NCBI GenBank assembly: GCA_029838215.1 | Contig: JALGVI010000054.1 | Coordinates: 1 to 19,822 of the forward strand | Reading direction: 5' to 3' | Origin: Candidatus Helarchaeota archaeon | GTDB taxonomy: Archaea > Asgardarchaeota > Lokiarchaeia > Helarchaeales > RDOG01 | DNA: 19,822 bases | Part shown: one piece after another, positions 8,142-16,530 of the stretch | Layout: each line of letters starts with the position of its first letter | How positions within the stretch are numbered: position 1 is the first letter of the stretch | Notes under the pieces: generated by a model | Seen by the model: only the letters and a program-made list of their open reading frames with translations | Database searches by the model: none | Told to the model about the DNA's origin: nothing | Position numbers and translations under genes: made by a program

Positions 8142-8232
8142 AGATATCTTTTTATTTCTTCAACTCTTGCAAAAGATGTTAAATATGATTTTCAAGTTTT
8201 AAACTAGATTAATTTTTCAAGCAGGTTTTGTC

Positions 8233-9642
8233 ATGAATGAACTGGATGTTTTTTTCAATCCCCGTTCCGTAGCCATAATTGGCGCAACGGAAATACCAAA
8301 ATTTGGTTATTATCAATCTAAATATTTACTTGAAAGAGCCGATCGAGAGCCCGATTTCAAGGCTTATCCCATAAATTTTAAAAAATCCACGATTTTTGGT
8401 AAAAAATCCTACAAAAGCATTCTGGATGTTCCTGAGCCGGTAGATCTTGCTTTAGTTTTAGTAAACACCCGGCAAGTGTTAAAGGTCTTCGAAGAGAGCA
8501 TTCAAAAAGGCGTGAAGGCAGTTGTTTTGGAATCTTCCGGATTTGCAGAAACAGGAGACCCCGAATTGATTCACGTTCAGGAAAAATTGAAGGAATTGAT
8601 CCGCGAGAAAAAAGGAAGTTTAAGGGTGATCGGTCCAAATTGCGTTGGCATAACCAATTTCGATAATCAATTCACGACTACTGACACGATTTTTGGCAGG
8701 CTCAAAGTCGGTGGTATTTCTATCATTTCCCAAAGCGGTGTTCTGGGGAACATAATAATAGATCTGGCAAGAAGTCAAGGATTGCGTTTCAATAAAGTCA
8801 TTTCAATGGGAAACAAAATTGATGTTAATGAGAATGATCTAATGGATTACTTGCTTGAAGATGAAGGAACGAAAGTCGTGGCACTTTATTTGGAAGGAGT
8901 TACTCGAGGGGATCGTCGTTTTATCGAGACCGTGAAACGATTTACTGCAAGGAAGCCTTTAGTAATCGTGAAGAACGGTAGAACCGAGGTAGGTGCTCGT
9001 GCAGCTTATTCCCATACTGCTTCAATAGCTGGTAATGATGCCATTTATAATGGTGTCTTCAAACAGACTGGTGTAATTAGAGCTCGAAACTTCTATGAAC
9101 TTTTTGCCTATTCAAAAGTTCTTGCTTCTCAACCCCTTCCTAAGGGAAACCGTGTTGGTCTTATTACTGCAAGTGGAAGCCTGGGCATACTTGCTTGTGA
9201 TGAAATGGCAACCAATGGACTCGAACTTGCAGAATTGGCTCCAGAAACCATTGCACGAATGAAGGAAAAAGCACCACACTTTGTTTCTTTAAAAAACCCC
9301 GTGGATCTCGGTCCCGCTCAAATGGAAATGTACATGACCTGTCAAAAGGCACTTTTCGAAGATCCAAATGTTGACATGTTTCTTCAAATCTTTTGCATCC
9401 CTGAAGAAGTCTTTAAAATTCTTGGAAGTGATTTTGAAAACCGCATTAAAAAAATGCACCGCTTGAGCATTCAGAATAAGAAACCCTGCGTTGTCGTGGC
9501 ATTCTCTCCACCTTGGATGGTTCAGAAATTCACGGATGAAGGATTGGAACATGATGTTCCGGTTTTATCCGAAGTGCAATTAGCCGTTCGATGTTTAGCA
9601 GTTCTTTTTCAATATAAAAAGTACTTGGAGTCGCAAGAATGA
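8233..9642 (+). CDS. acdA: ADP-forming acyl/acetate-CoA ligase alpha subunit (CoA-binding domain protein)
   Basis: FFNPRSVAIIGAT, YKSILDVPEPVDLA, SGFAETG, RVIGPNCVG, ISQSGVLG, SMGNKID, LYLEG, the phospho-His motif AAYSHTASIAG, and NPVDLG. Confidence 0.85.
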   Translation: MNELDVFFNPRSVAIIGATEIPKFGYYQSKYLLERADREPDFKAYPINFKKSTIFGKKSYKSILDVPEPVDLALVLVNTRQVLKVFEESIQKGVKAVVLESSGFAETGDPELIHVQEKLKELIREKKGSLRVIGPNCVGITNFDNQFTTTDTIFGRLKVGGISIISQSGVLGNIIIDLARSQGLRFNKVISMGNKIDVNENDLMDYLLEDEGTKVVALYLEGVTRGDRRFIETVKRFTARKPLVIVKNGRTEVGARAAYSHTASIAGNDAIYNGVFKQTGVIRARNFYELFAYSKVLASQPLPKGNRVGLITASGSLGILACDEMATNGLELAELAPETIARMKEKAPHFVSLKNPVDLGPAQMEMYMTCQKALFEDPNVDMFLQIFCIPEEVFKILGSDFENRIKKMHRLSIQNKKPCVVVAFSPPWMVQKFTDEGLEHDVPVLSEVQLAVRCLAVLFQYKKYLESQE

Positions 9643-10994
9643 ATCATTTCAAGCGGGTACTGTATATAATCATCGACGACGTTAGAAATGACCATCTACA
9701 CCAATTAATGAATGATGGAACGCTTCCTACACTACAGAAACTCTCTGAAAATGCCGCCGACGTGGAGCATTGCATTACGACCTTTCCTTCCGTCACGGTC
9801 CCTGCACACGTTTCCTTGCTAACAGGTGCATATGTCGATTCATTTCACATACCGAACATTAAATTCTATCAAAGAGAAAACGCCAAATACGTTAATTTTG
9901 CAGATAGCATTCAAGGATGGATGGCCCTGGATGAAATGATCCCTCCTGATGTAAAGACTATCTATGAATTGTTTGAAAACGAAGATTCTTTGGTAGTTTA
10001 TGAAGGCGTGTCAAGAGGGGCGACATTTCATTATGGATTTCAGGATGCCACGAATCTGTTTCGCCCAATCTCTAAAATTTTAAAAAAACACGTCCAAGAA
10101 CATGAGAACTCACTCCCCACGGTTTCCGTGCTTTGGTATTATCAAACAGATCCTGCAGTTCATACTCATGGTGCCCATTCCCGAACCTATCTACGGGAAA
10201 TTAAAAAGGTGGACCGAGATCTGGGCAAGATCATCGACCTGTTAAAAGAAATACGCCAATACGATGATACCCTTATTGTCATCACGTCAGATCACGGTAA
10301 TTATGCGGCACGAGAAAAATTAGACGTTGGTCAACTATTACAAAAATATGGATTAGAGCGTGATGTCGATTTTTTCGTGGATTTCGGTTCCGTTGGTCTA
10401 TTTTGGTTCACGACCGGTCCTGATCCAAGTCGCCCTCTTCGTCTTGCCGAGTTAAGAAAAAATGGCTCTAATAGTATAGATTTAATCAAAATCATCGGTT
10501 CGTTGAAGGGAATCGAACGGCTTTTTTACTATGATGAGAAAACAGGATTAATACACGGCTTTTTTGATGGAAAGGAAGGAACGATTGCCTGGAAGAATGG
10601 CAAAACGAGCATTGCAGGCGATGACATTTTCGAATATTCCGAAGATTCGCTGGCGAGTGGAATTAAAAAAGGAATTTTTTATGATTCTGATGAATGGCTA
10701 AAATACACCTACAAGTCCAAATTACCTCTTCTACCCGATCACTTGGCACGGCTCTTTCATAATAGGAATCGTCCCGACATCATAGCATGTACCGATCGGA
10801 AAACCGTATACCATCACTTATATTCTCATGACACGTACACGCAAGAATCAATGAACGTGCCGTTATTGCTTGCGGGGTCAAAGATGGTACCAAAGAAATT
10901 AAAGCATGCTCGAACCGTGGATGTTTTGCCCACGATCCTGCATTTATTGGGACGCGATGTTCCTGCTAACATGATCGGAAAGCCATTATTATAA
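9639..10994 (+). CDS. Alkaline phosphatase-superfamily nucleotide pyrophosphatase/phosphodiesterase (NPP type I)
   Basis: IIIDDVR metal Asp, TTFPSVTVPAHVSLLTG Thr nucleophile, TDPAVHTHG, ITSDHG, YSHD and RTVDVLPTILHLLG. It overlaps the previous stop through ATGA. Confidence 0.85.
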   Translation: MNHFKRVLYIIIDDVRNDHLHQLMNDGTLPTLQKLSENAADVEHCITTFPSVTVPAHVSLLTGAYVDSFHIPNIKFYQRENAKYVNFADSIQGWMALDEMIPPDVKTIYELFENEDSLVVYEGVSRGATFHYGFQDATNLFRPISKILKKHVQEHENSLPTVSVLWYYQTDPAVHTHGAHSRTYLREIKKVDRDLGKIIDLLKEIRQYDDTLIVITSDHGNYAAREKLDVGQLLQKYGLERDVDFFVDFGSVGLFWFTTGPDPSRPLRLAELRKNGSNSIDLIKIIGSLKGIERLFYYDEKTGLIHGFFDGKEGTIAWKNGKTSIAGDDIFEYSEDSLASGIKKGIFYDSDEWLKYTYKSKLPLLPDHLARLFHNRNRPDIIACTDRKTVYHHLYSHDTYTQESMNVPLLLAGSKMVPKKLKHARTVDVLPTILHLLGRDVPANMIGKPLL

Positions 10995-12155
10995 TAAGCC
11001 TAGCATCCCACTAATTCCCGCACGTGGCGTTTCAATGGCACCTTGTGGACAGCCCTCGGCACAACACAGACAATTGATGCAAGTTTGTCGATGAATTTTT
11101 GGATATTTATTGATGTCGAATGAAATGCTTTCTGTAGGACAAATTTTTATGCAATGACCGCATTTAATGCATTTATTCTGGCGGACTCGCGGGACGCGCT
11201 TTAACATTCGGTTGCCAATCGGCTGAAAAATCCCCAATGCCGACATCACTCTTGTCCCTGGAAAATTGATTTTCTGTTTGGGAATTATATTTTCGATTTT
11301 TTCTCCCAATATGTTTATCTGCTGCAAGTTTCCGATGCCCAATCCGCGGTCATGACATTCCCTGATAAATTTTATGTCCTCAAGTGGATTTAGACCGCCT
11401 ATTTTAACTGCAACGGCATCCAAGGCAACCATATCCCGAGAAGCAAGGATCAGTCCCAAGTTTATCATGCTTCCAAAGCTCGGGCCACCAGTTCCGTGCA
11501 TGGCTTGAATTGCATCCATTATGACAAGATTGTCCTTTTTTAAAACATCATGAACATAGCTAAATAAATCTGTTAGAACAATTGCAAACTTATTGGGGGT
11601 CGGACCATAAAGATGGCTCTTGCTCTTTGTCGTGCCTACTTGAATCCCCCAAAAATTCTTTACTGCTCCAGTGAATCGCGTGAGAAAGTGCGTCTTCCAC
11701 TTGCAAGCATTTATCACAAAATCTGCATCAACAAAGGCACGAGCGATCGCCGTTTTTTCGAGAAGCTTGAAATTTGGATTATCATCCTTCGTCACCAATA
11801 CAGGATTTTCATTAAAGTTTATCCATTTAACATCAGGCGCAAGCTCCGAGATAATATCGTAACCCGTTTGTCCTCCATCATACCTGACTTTTTCATATAT
11901 CTCCTTACTTGTTTTTCCTCCAGACATGGGTGAGTCTCCTATTATAGGTTGTCCTCCGTATTCAACGACAAGCCGTGCAATACTGCCGATCACTGAAGCA
12001 TCGGTAACGGCATTCCGATCGGCATTTAGGTTGTTCGGCTTGATCAAGACTTGCTTATTTTTTAAATCAACATCACCCAACAAGGTCACGGCTTTTCTGA
12101 TGGCTTCAAAAACGGATTCTTCCGCCCCTTTTTTTACAATAGAAACTGACGGCAA
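10989..12155 (-). CDS. DUF362 family protein with C-terminal 2x[4Fe-4S] ferredoxin domain
   Basis: VLIKPN, IIGDSP, VINACKWKTH..T.FTGAVKNFWG, VIMDAI.AM.G.GGP, ASRDMVALDAV, then CIKCGHCIKICP and CINCLCCAEGCP. Confidence 0.9.
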   Translation of the reverse strand: MPSVSIVKKGAEESVFEAIRKAVTLLGDVDLKNKQVLIKPNNLNADRNAVTDASVIGSIARLVVEYGGQPIIGDSPMSGGKTSKEIYEKVRYDGGQTGYDIISELAPDVKWINFNENPVLVTKDDNPNFKLLEKTAIARAFVDADFVINACKWKTHFLTRFTGAVKNFWGIQVGTTKSKSHLYGPTPNKFAIVLTDLFSYVHDVLKKDNLVIMDAIQAMHGTGGPSFGSMINLGLILASRDMVALDAVAVKIGGLNPLEDIKFIRECHDRGLGIGNLQQINILGEKIENIIPKQKINFPGTRVMSALGIFQPIGNRMLKRVPRVRQNKCIKCGHCIKICPTESISFDINKYPKIHRQTCINCLCCAEGCPQGAIETPRAGISGMLGLL

Positions 12156-12244
12156 TTAATTCATCTCAAATTCTTATTTTTATGTTTAAATTAAAATGAA
12201 CGATTATTCATAAACATGCCGTCTGAGTTTAGATTAATACTAAA

Positions 12245-12260
12245 TTCATCATTTGATGAA
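12245..12260. promoter_or_regulatory. Perfect inverted repeat TTCATCA-TT-TGATGAA, a candidate transcription-factor site
   Basis: 7-bp arms with a 2-bp spacer in the intergenic region upstream of the DUF362 gene. A 14/16 copy is at 3589-3604. Confidence 0.35.
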
Positions 12261-12325
12261 GAAGGATGAAAAAAATCAAAATTCAGGACGAAAATAAAGC
12301 CGTGCAAAATAAAATAGTAAAAAAA

Positions 12326-12574
12326 TTACCTGAACTTCAAATACAGATTCAAAGCCTCTTTTCTCATGACGTTCAGGTCAGCGTCATCGTTGGAAACAAA
12401 CAACTCCTTACGACCGTTTCTTTTCAGATCAAATGGTGCTTTTAGGGTATATTGAAAACTATTTGTTAAAAACGTGATTGCATTAAAAGAGATCTTCCTG
12501 TTCAATAATCTCTTGTAAAGCAAGTCGTAAATTTCCGGTACATCTTCCTTGATGATAACGCGCCTTTTCACCAT
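12326..12574 (-). CDS. Small hypothetical protein (82 aa)
   Basis: The only ORF over 60 aa in a 640-nt gap. ATG at 12574 with GAAGGA upstream, and protein-like composition (MVKRRVIIKEDVPEIYDLLYKRLL...). No recognisable family. Confidence 0.55.
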   Translation of the reverse strand: MVKRRVIIKEDVPEIYDLLYKRLLNRKISFNAITFLTNSFQYTLKAPFDLKRNGRKELFVSNDDADLNVMRKEALNLYLKFR

Positions 12575-12732
12575 CAATTCCTTCGTGAAGTGCTAAATTA
12601 ACCGATACAAGAACTTGCATTTTAACATATAATAAAAATCGTAATACTGAGATATTATCGGTAAGATTTTAAGAAATGGAATTATAAATTTTCTAGTGGC
12701 AAATAAATATTAGGATAGGACCGAGAGTATCT

Positions 12733-12742
12733 TTTATATGAA
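12733..12742 (+). promoter_or_regulatory. Candidate TATA box (TTTATATGAA) for the GTPase-chaperonin operon
   Basis: 66 nt upstream of the ATG at 12799 and identical to the element at 3554-3563. Confidence 0.5.
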
Positions 12743-12798
12743 ATTAACTAAAAGGTGAAGGGATATCGGTCTGAAGATATGGCAGGACTTGATATTTG

Positions 12799-13704
12799 AT
12801 GAGCTTTTATGATGATTACGATTATCTCCTTAAAATCATCGTTGTAGGAGACGGTGCAGTAGGGAAAACAGCACTATCCGTGAGATTCACACAAGGGAAG
12901 TTTCAAGACGATTATAAGATGACAATCGGTGTTGATTTTGCTGTTAAGATGATGGATGTCGATGGAAAACGTATAAAATGTCAGATCTGGGATACGGGTG
13001 GTCAAGAACGCTTTTCGTATCTTCGTCCTCTTTATTATAGTGGCGCGGTAGGTGGACTTGTAGTTTTTGACAAGACGTATCGTCCGTCTTTCAACAATAT
13101 CCCAAAGTGGTTCCAAGAGGTACGTGATAATCGGGGTCCTGATATTCCTTTGGTTTTATGCGGTAATAAAGTTGATCTCCCAGATTGGCAAGTCGATACG
13201 CAAGAGGCCGTCAACTTAGGTCGTTCTTACAAGGCACCTTATCATGATGTTTCAGCAAAGTCAGGTCAATCCGTAGATGATGCATTTGTAACATTGGTGA
13301 AGATGGTCATAGATCCGGGTGTTGCGAGGACGATACTCGAGGAAAAGACGACCCGTGATGTAGCAGAACAATCGATTGTAATGTCAGAAAGTTACAATAA
13401 GTATAATAGTTTTGCAAATCAAGCAACGGCTTATCTTGAGGCAGGAAATGTTATAGAGGCTTTGAATTCACTCAAGAAGTCTCTTTATTGGGCTCGCGAT
13501 GTTCAATTTGAACCAGGCATTAAATGGTGTGAGGACCAGATTGCTTACATTCAGAAGTTTTTAAAGCAGGAGAAAGAGGCACAGCAGGTTCAACGAGTAA
13601 GTGAGTTTATTTACAGATGTCCCGGTTGCAACGTTTATTTTAAGGTCAATCAAGTGGGTCAATATACGTGTCCCGATTGTGGAAGTGTCTTAGAACGAAT
13701 ATGA
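12799..13704 (+). CDS. Rab-like small GTPase with C-terminal TPR-like helical hairpin and C4 zinc ribbon
   Basis: G1 GDGAVGKT, G2 MTIG, G3 WDTGGQ, G4 NKVD, G5 DVSAK. RabF-like IGVDF, KCQIW, RFSYL, YYSGA, LVVFDKT. ANQATAYLEAGNVIEALNSLKKSL is TPR-like. CPGC-x13-CPDC forms the zinc ribbon. Confidence 0.9.
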   Translation: MSFYDDYDYLLKIIVVGDGAVGKTALSVRFTQGKFQDDYKMTIGVDFAVKMMDVDGKRIKCQIWDTGGQERFSYLRPLYYSGAVGGLVVFDKTYRPSFNNIPKWFQEVRDNRGPDIPLVLCGNKVDLPDWQVDTQEAVNLGRSYKAPYHDVSAKSGQSVDDAFVTLVKMVIDPGVARTILEEKTTRDVAEQSIVMSESYNKYNSFANQATAYLEAGNVIEALNSLKKSLYWARDVQFEPGIKWCEDQIAYIQKFLKQEKEAQQVQRVSEFIYRCPGCNVYFKVNQVGQYTCPDCGSVLERI

Positions 13705-13761
13705 GTTCCTCTAGGTCGCCAACTAACAGATTTAACCTTGCCTTACCTTGAGGAGAGTATC

Positions 13762-14784
13762 ATGGAACTTTCTTCAGTCCTTAAGGGTGTTGTTTATTCA
13801 CAATTTGGAGAAATGGGACCTGAGGCTTATATTTGGTTTCCTCAGGATGGTACACTTGATTCTGCGATATTGGGCTTAGTAAGCTTGAAATCGATAACAA
13901 TTCTACAGGGTGAAGAAGGGCAAGTTCCGGAAGATGTTGCTGTTGTTCCTTTTCCTAAATATAGGATGAATTCTATCGTGAGTTTTTTTTCGCTTCCCGA
14001 TACTGAAGCTCGTGGCGGAGAGCGAGATGCGACGCTTTGTATTTTATTTTCGGACAAATTTTCAAGCATTATTTACAAGCATTTAGAATTATTCAAGGAA
14101 CAGATGAACACGATCTCAAAAGAAATAGTCAAACGAGAGATGGAAGGAGATTTGGCAGGAAGCACAGCATTAATTCAAGAATTCCATGCATCCTTATTGG
14201 AGAATTTGCGGAGCTTGCAAGAGGCTGAAGTAGAAGAACCAAAGAAAGCTGATTTCAAATATAAAGTGATCGTTGTTGGAGACCCTGCAGTTGGTAAGAC
14301 GACTTTACTCTTGAGATACGTGGATAATTGTTTTAAAGAAATCTACATTCCGACTGTCGGAGTTAATGTTAGTACGAAACAAGTTGATGTTGGAACTTCG
14401 AAAGGACAAAACATTAACGTGACATTAAATCTCTGGGATTTAGCAGGTCAAAAGAGTTTTCTGCACTTGCGAAGAATGTATCTTGAGGGCGCAAATGCCG
14501 CTATCATAGTATATGATAGCACGAGGTCTGAAACATTTCAAAACATAAAATCTTGGTTTGAGGAAGTGAATTCAGTCAATCCAAAGATTTTAGGATACAT
14601 AATTGGGAACAAGATCGACTTGTTGAAACAACGAAAGGTTTCAACGAAGCAAGGCAAGACTGTTGCAGATGATTTGGGTTTTAAATTTCTCGAAACAAGT
14701 GCTAAAACAGGAAAAAACATTCCCACTCTTTTCAAAGATATTTCACGATCGATTTTAACTAAATACAAAGCAATTGGTACTTGA
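13762..14784 (+). CDS. uDENN/longin-like domain fused to a C-terminal Rab-like small GTPase
   Basis: N-terminal VVYSQF.EMGP...WFP...FFSLPDTEARGGERDATLCILF. GTPase G1 GDPAVGKT, G2 IPTVG, G3 WDLAGQ, G4 NKID, G5 ETSAK. I chose the ATG at 13762 for the AGGAG SD at 13751. Confidence 0.8.
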   Translation: MELSSVLKGVVYSQFGEMGPEAYIWFPQDGTLDSAILGLVSLKSITILQGEEGQVPEDVAVVPFPKYRMNSIVSFFSLPDTEARGGERDATLCILFSDKFSSIIYKHLELFKEQMNTISKEIVKREMEGDLAGSTALIQEFHASLLENLRSLQEAEVEEPKKADFKYKVIVVGDPAVGKTTLLLRYVDNCFKEIYIPTVGVNVSTKQVDVGTSKGQNINVTLNLWDLAGQKSFLHLRRMYLEGANAAIIVYDSTRSETFQNIKSWFEEVNSVNPKILGYIIGNKIDLLKQRKVSTKQGKTVADDLGFKFLETSAKTGKNIPTLFKDISRSILTKYKAIGT

Positions 14785-14788
14785 TAAA

Positions 14789-16519
14789 ATGGAGTTGACT
14801 GGAAAACCATTCTTGATCATGAAAAAAACGACACGGCGGATGGTTGGTTCTGCAGCACAACGTTTTAACATATTAACGGCTTGCGTTATTGCAGAATTGA
14901 TTCGCACGACGCTGGGTCCATTTGGTTTTGATAAATTAATTATAGATCCCGTAAATGAGATTATCATCTCCAATGATGGCTCCACGATAATGAAAAATTT
15001 TGAAGTCCGTCATCCGATGGCTAGAATTCTCGATAAATTGGTTCGTTCAATGGACGATACTGTTGGAGATGGTTCAAAAACAGCCTTAATTCTTGTCGGT
15101 GAACTTTTAAAAAAGGCACAGATTCAACTCATGGATGAAGGCGTGCATCCTTCAAGCATAATTGATGGTTTTGAGAAAGTTCTTGAATTTTTCATTGAAG
15201 AATCAGAAAAAATTGGGATGACCATCAATCCAAATGACGATGTTCTACTAAAAAAAGTTGCATTAACATCCATTGGTGGACGATTCGGACCAAAGGTCGA
15301 AGAGAAACTCGCAAGCATTGCGCTTCAGGCAATCCGCTATATCTCCGAAGAAAAAGACGGACAACTTCGCATTGATGTTAAAAACAACATCAACATCGTT
15401 GCGGTACGCGGCAAAAGCTTGAGTGAATCAGAAGTTATTGACGGAATGGCGATTGTTAAAGAACTGGTATCTCCCGAGTTACCGAAAAGAATCGTGGATG
15501 CTCGGATTGCTTTAATTGAACCGTCAATTGAGCATAAATTGTTTAAAATAGCCGATTCAAAGAATGTTCACTTGAAAATGACGGGTATTGCCGAGCAAAG
15601 ACAATTTAGGGACGAAGAATATCGAATATTAAAGGAAAAAGTCGAAAAAATCATTCAATCTGGTGCTAACGTGGTTTTTGCCCGACGAGAACTCCATGAA
15701 AAAATTCGTCCTTACTTGCGAAAAGCCAATATCTTGGCAGCAAGTTGGGTTCGGGGTTGGGATATGGAGAAAATTGCGCGGGCAACAGGTGCCAAGATCA
15801 TCAAGAACCTCGATTATTTAACACCTGAAGCATTAGGACACGCAGAAATCGTGGAAGAACGCGAACTAGCGCATAAAAATATCATTTTTATTCGCGGATG
15901 CAAGAATCCAAAGGCTGTTACCATTTTGCTTAGGGCAGGAATCGAACACGTGCTTTACGAAAGTGAACGTCGCTTGTACGATGCCATGTATGCAATTCGG
16001 GACGTGCTTTTGAAGGGAAAAATCGTTGGTGGAGGAGGTGCTTTTGAAATGGCACTTTCTAAAAGAATCCTCGAATACTCCCGGCAATTCTCGGGACGTG
16101 AACAGCTCGCCATTCAGACTTTTGCTCGTTGCTTGGAAATCATACCATTTACTCTCGCAGAAAGTGCAGGTCTCAATCCATTGGATGTGATAACTCGGCT
16201 GCGCCAAATTCATACTTCTGATAACGAAAACGCTCAATGGTATGGCGTGGATTTGGAAAACACCCTGCCTAAAAACATGTTAGAAGCTGGAATATACGAT
16301 CCGCTTTCTGTCAAGATCCAAGCAATTGGTGCAGCAACTGAAGTTGCTCTCATCATTCTTAGCATTGATGATGTCTTACATGCAAAACCTGCGGAGTACG
16401 AAAAAACCATTGAAGAAGAAGAATATGAAGAGGAAATGAAACAAAAAATGGCAGACATCAAGGAGCAAATACTCAGATCTCGCTCACCAACGAGAAGATT
16501 TACCTCTCCTCGCAAGTAG
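14789..16519 (+). CDS. Divergent group II chaperonin (thermosome/CCT-like) subunit
   Basis: AQRFNI...IRTTLGPFGFDK, SNDGSTI, HPMAR, VGDGSKTA, VIDGMAI, DARIALI, IARATGA, GCKNPKAVTILLRAG, ERRLYDA, VGGGGAFE, LAESAGLNP, GIYDPLSVK.QAI..ATEVA..ILSIDD. The ATG at 14789 lies 4 nt after the previous stop. Confidence 0.9.
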   Translation: MELTGKPFLIMKKTTRRMVGSAAQRFNILTACVIAELIRTTLGPFGFDKLIIDPVNEIIISNDGSTIMKNFEVRHPMARILDKLVRSMDDTVGDGSKTALILVGELLKKAQIQLMDEGVHPSSIIDGFEKVLEFFIEESEKIGMTINPNDDVLLKKVALTSIGGRFGPKVEEKLASIALQAIRYISEEKDGQLRIDVKNNINIVAVRGKSLSESEVIDGMAIVKELVSPELPKRIVDARIALIEPSIEHKLFKIADSKNVHLKMTGIAEQRQFRDEEYRILKEKVEKIIQSGANVVFARRELHEKIRPYLRKANILAASWVRGWDMEKIARATGAKIIKNLDYLTPEALGHAEIVEERELAHKNIIFIRGCKNPKAVTILLRAGIEHVLYESERRLYDAMYAIRDVLLKGKIVGGGGAFEMALSKRILEYSRQFSGREQLAIQTFARCLEIIPFTLAESAGLNPLDVITRLRQIHTSDNENAQWYGVDLENTLPKNMLEAGIYDPLSVKIQAIGAATEVALIILSIDDVLHAKPAEYEKTIEEEEYEEEMKQKMADIKEQILRSRSPTRRFTSPRK

Positions 16520-16530
16520 GTGTGTCTTTA

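Noticed and set aside
10989-10994. Convergent genes whose stop codons abut as the palindrome TTATAA
   Set aside because: Short tail-to-tail overlaps are common in compact archaeal genomes and imply no special function.
12182-12217. Nested inverted repeats ATGTTTA/TAAACAT and ATGAA/TTCAT upstream of the DUF362 gene
   Set aside because: The arms are short and almost purely AT in very AT-rich DNA, so they are plausible by chance. I saw no second copy.
14789-16519. Assigning thsA/thsB or a specific CCT/BBS gene symbol
   Set aside because: The motif divergence makes orthology uncertain without a phylogeny.
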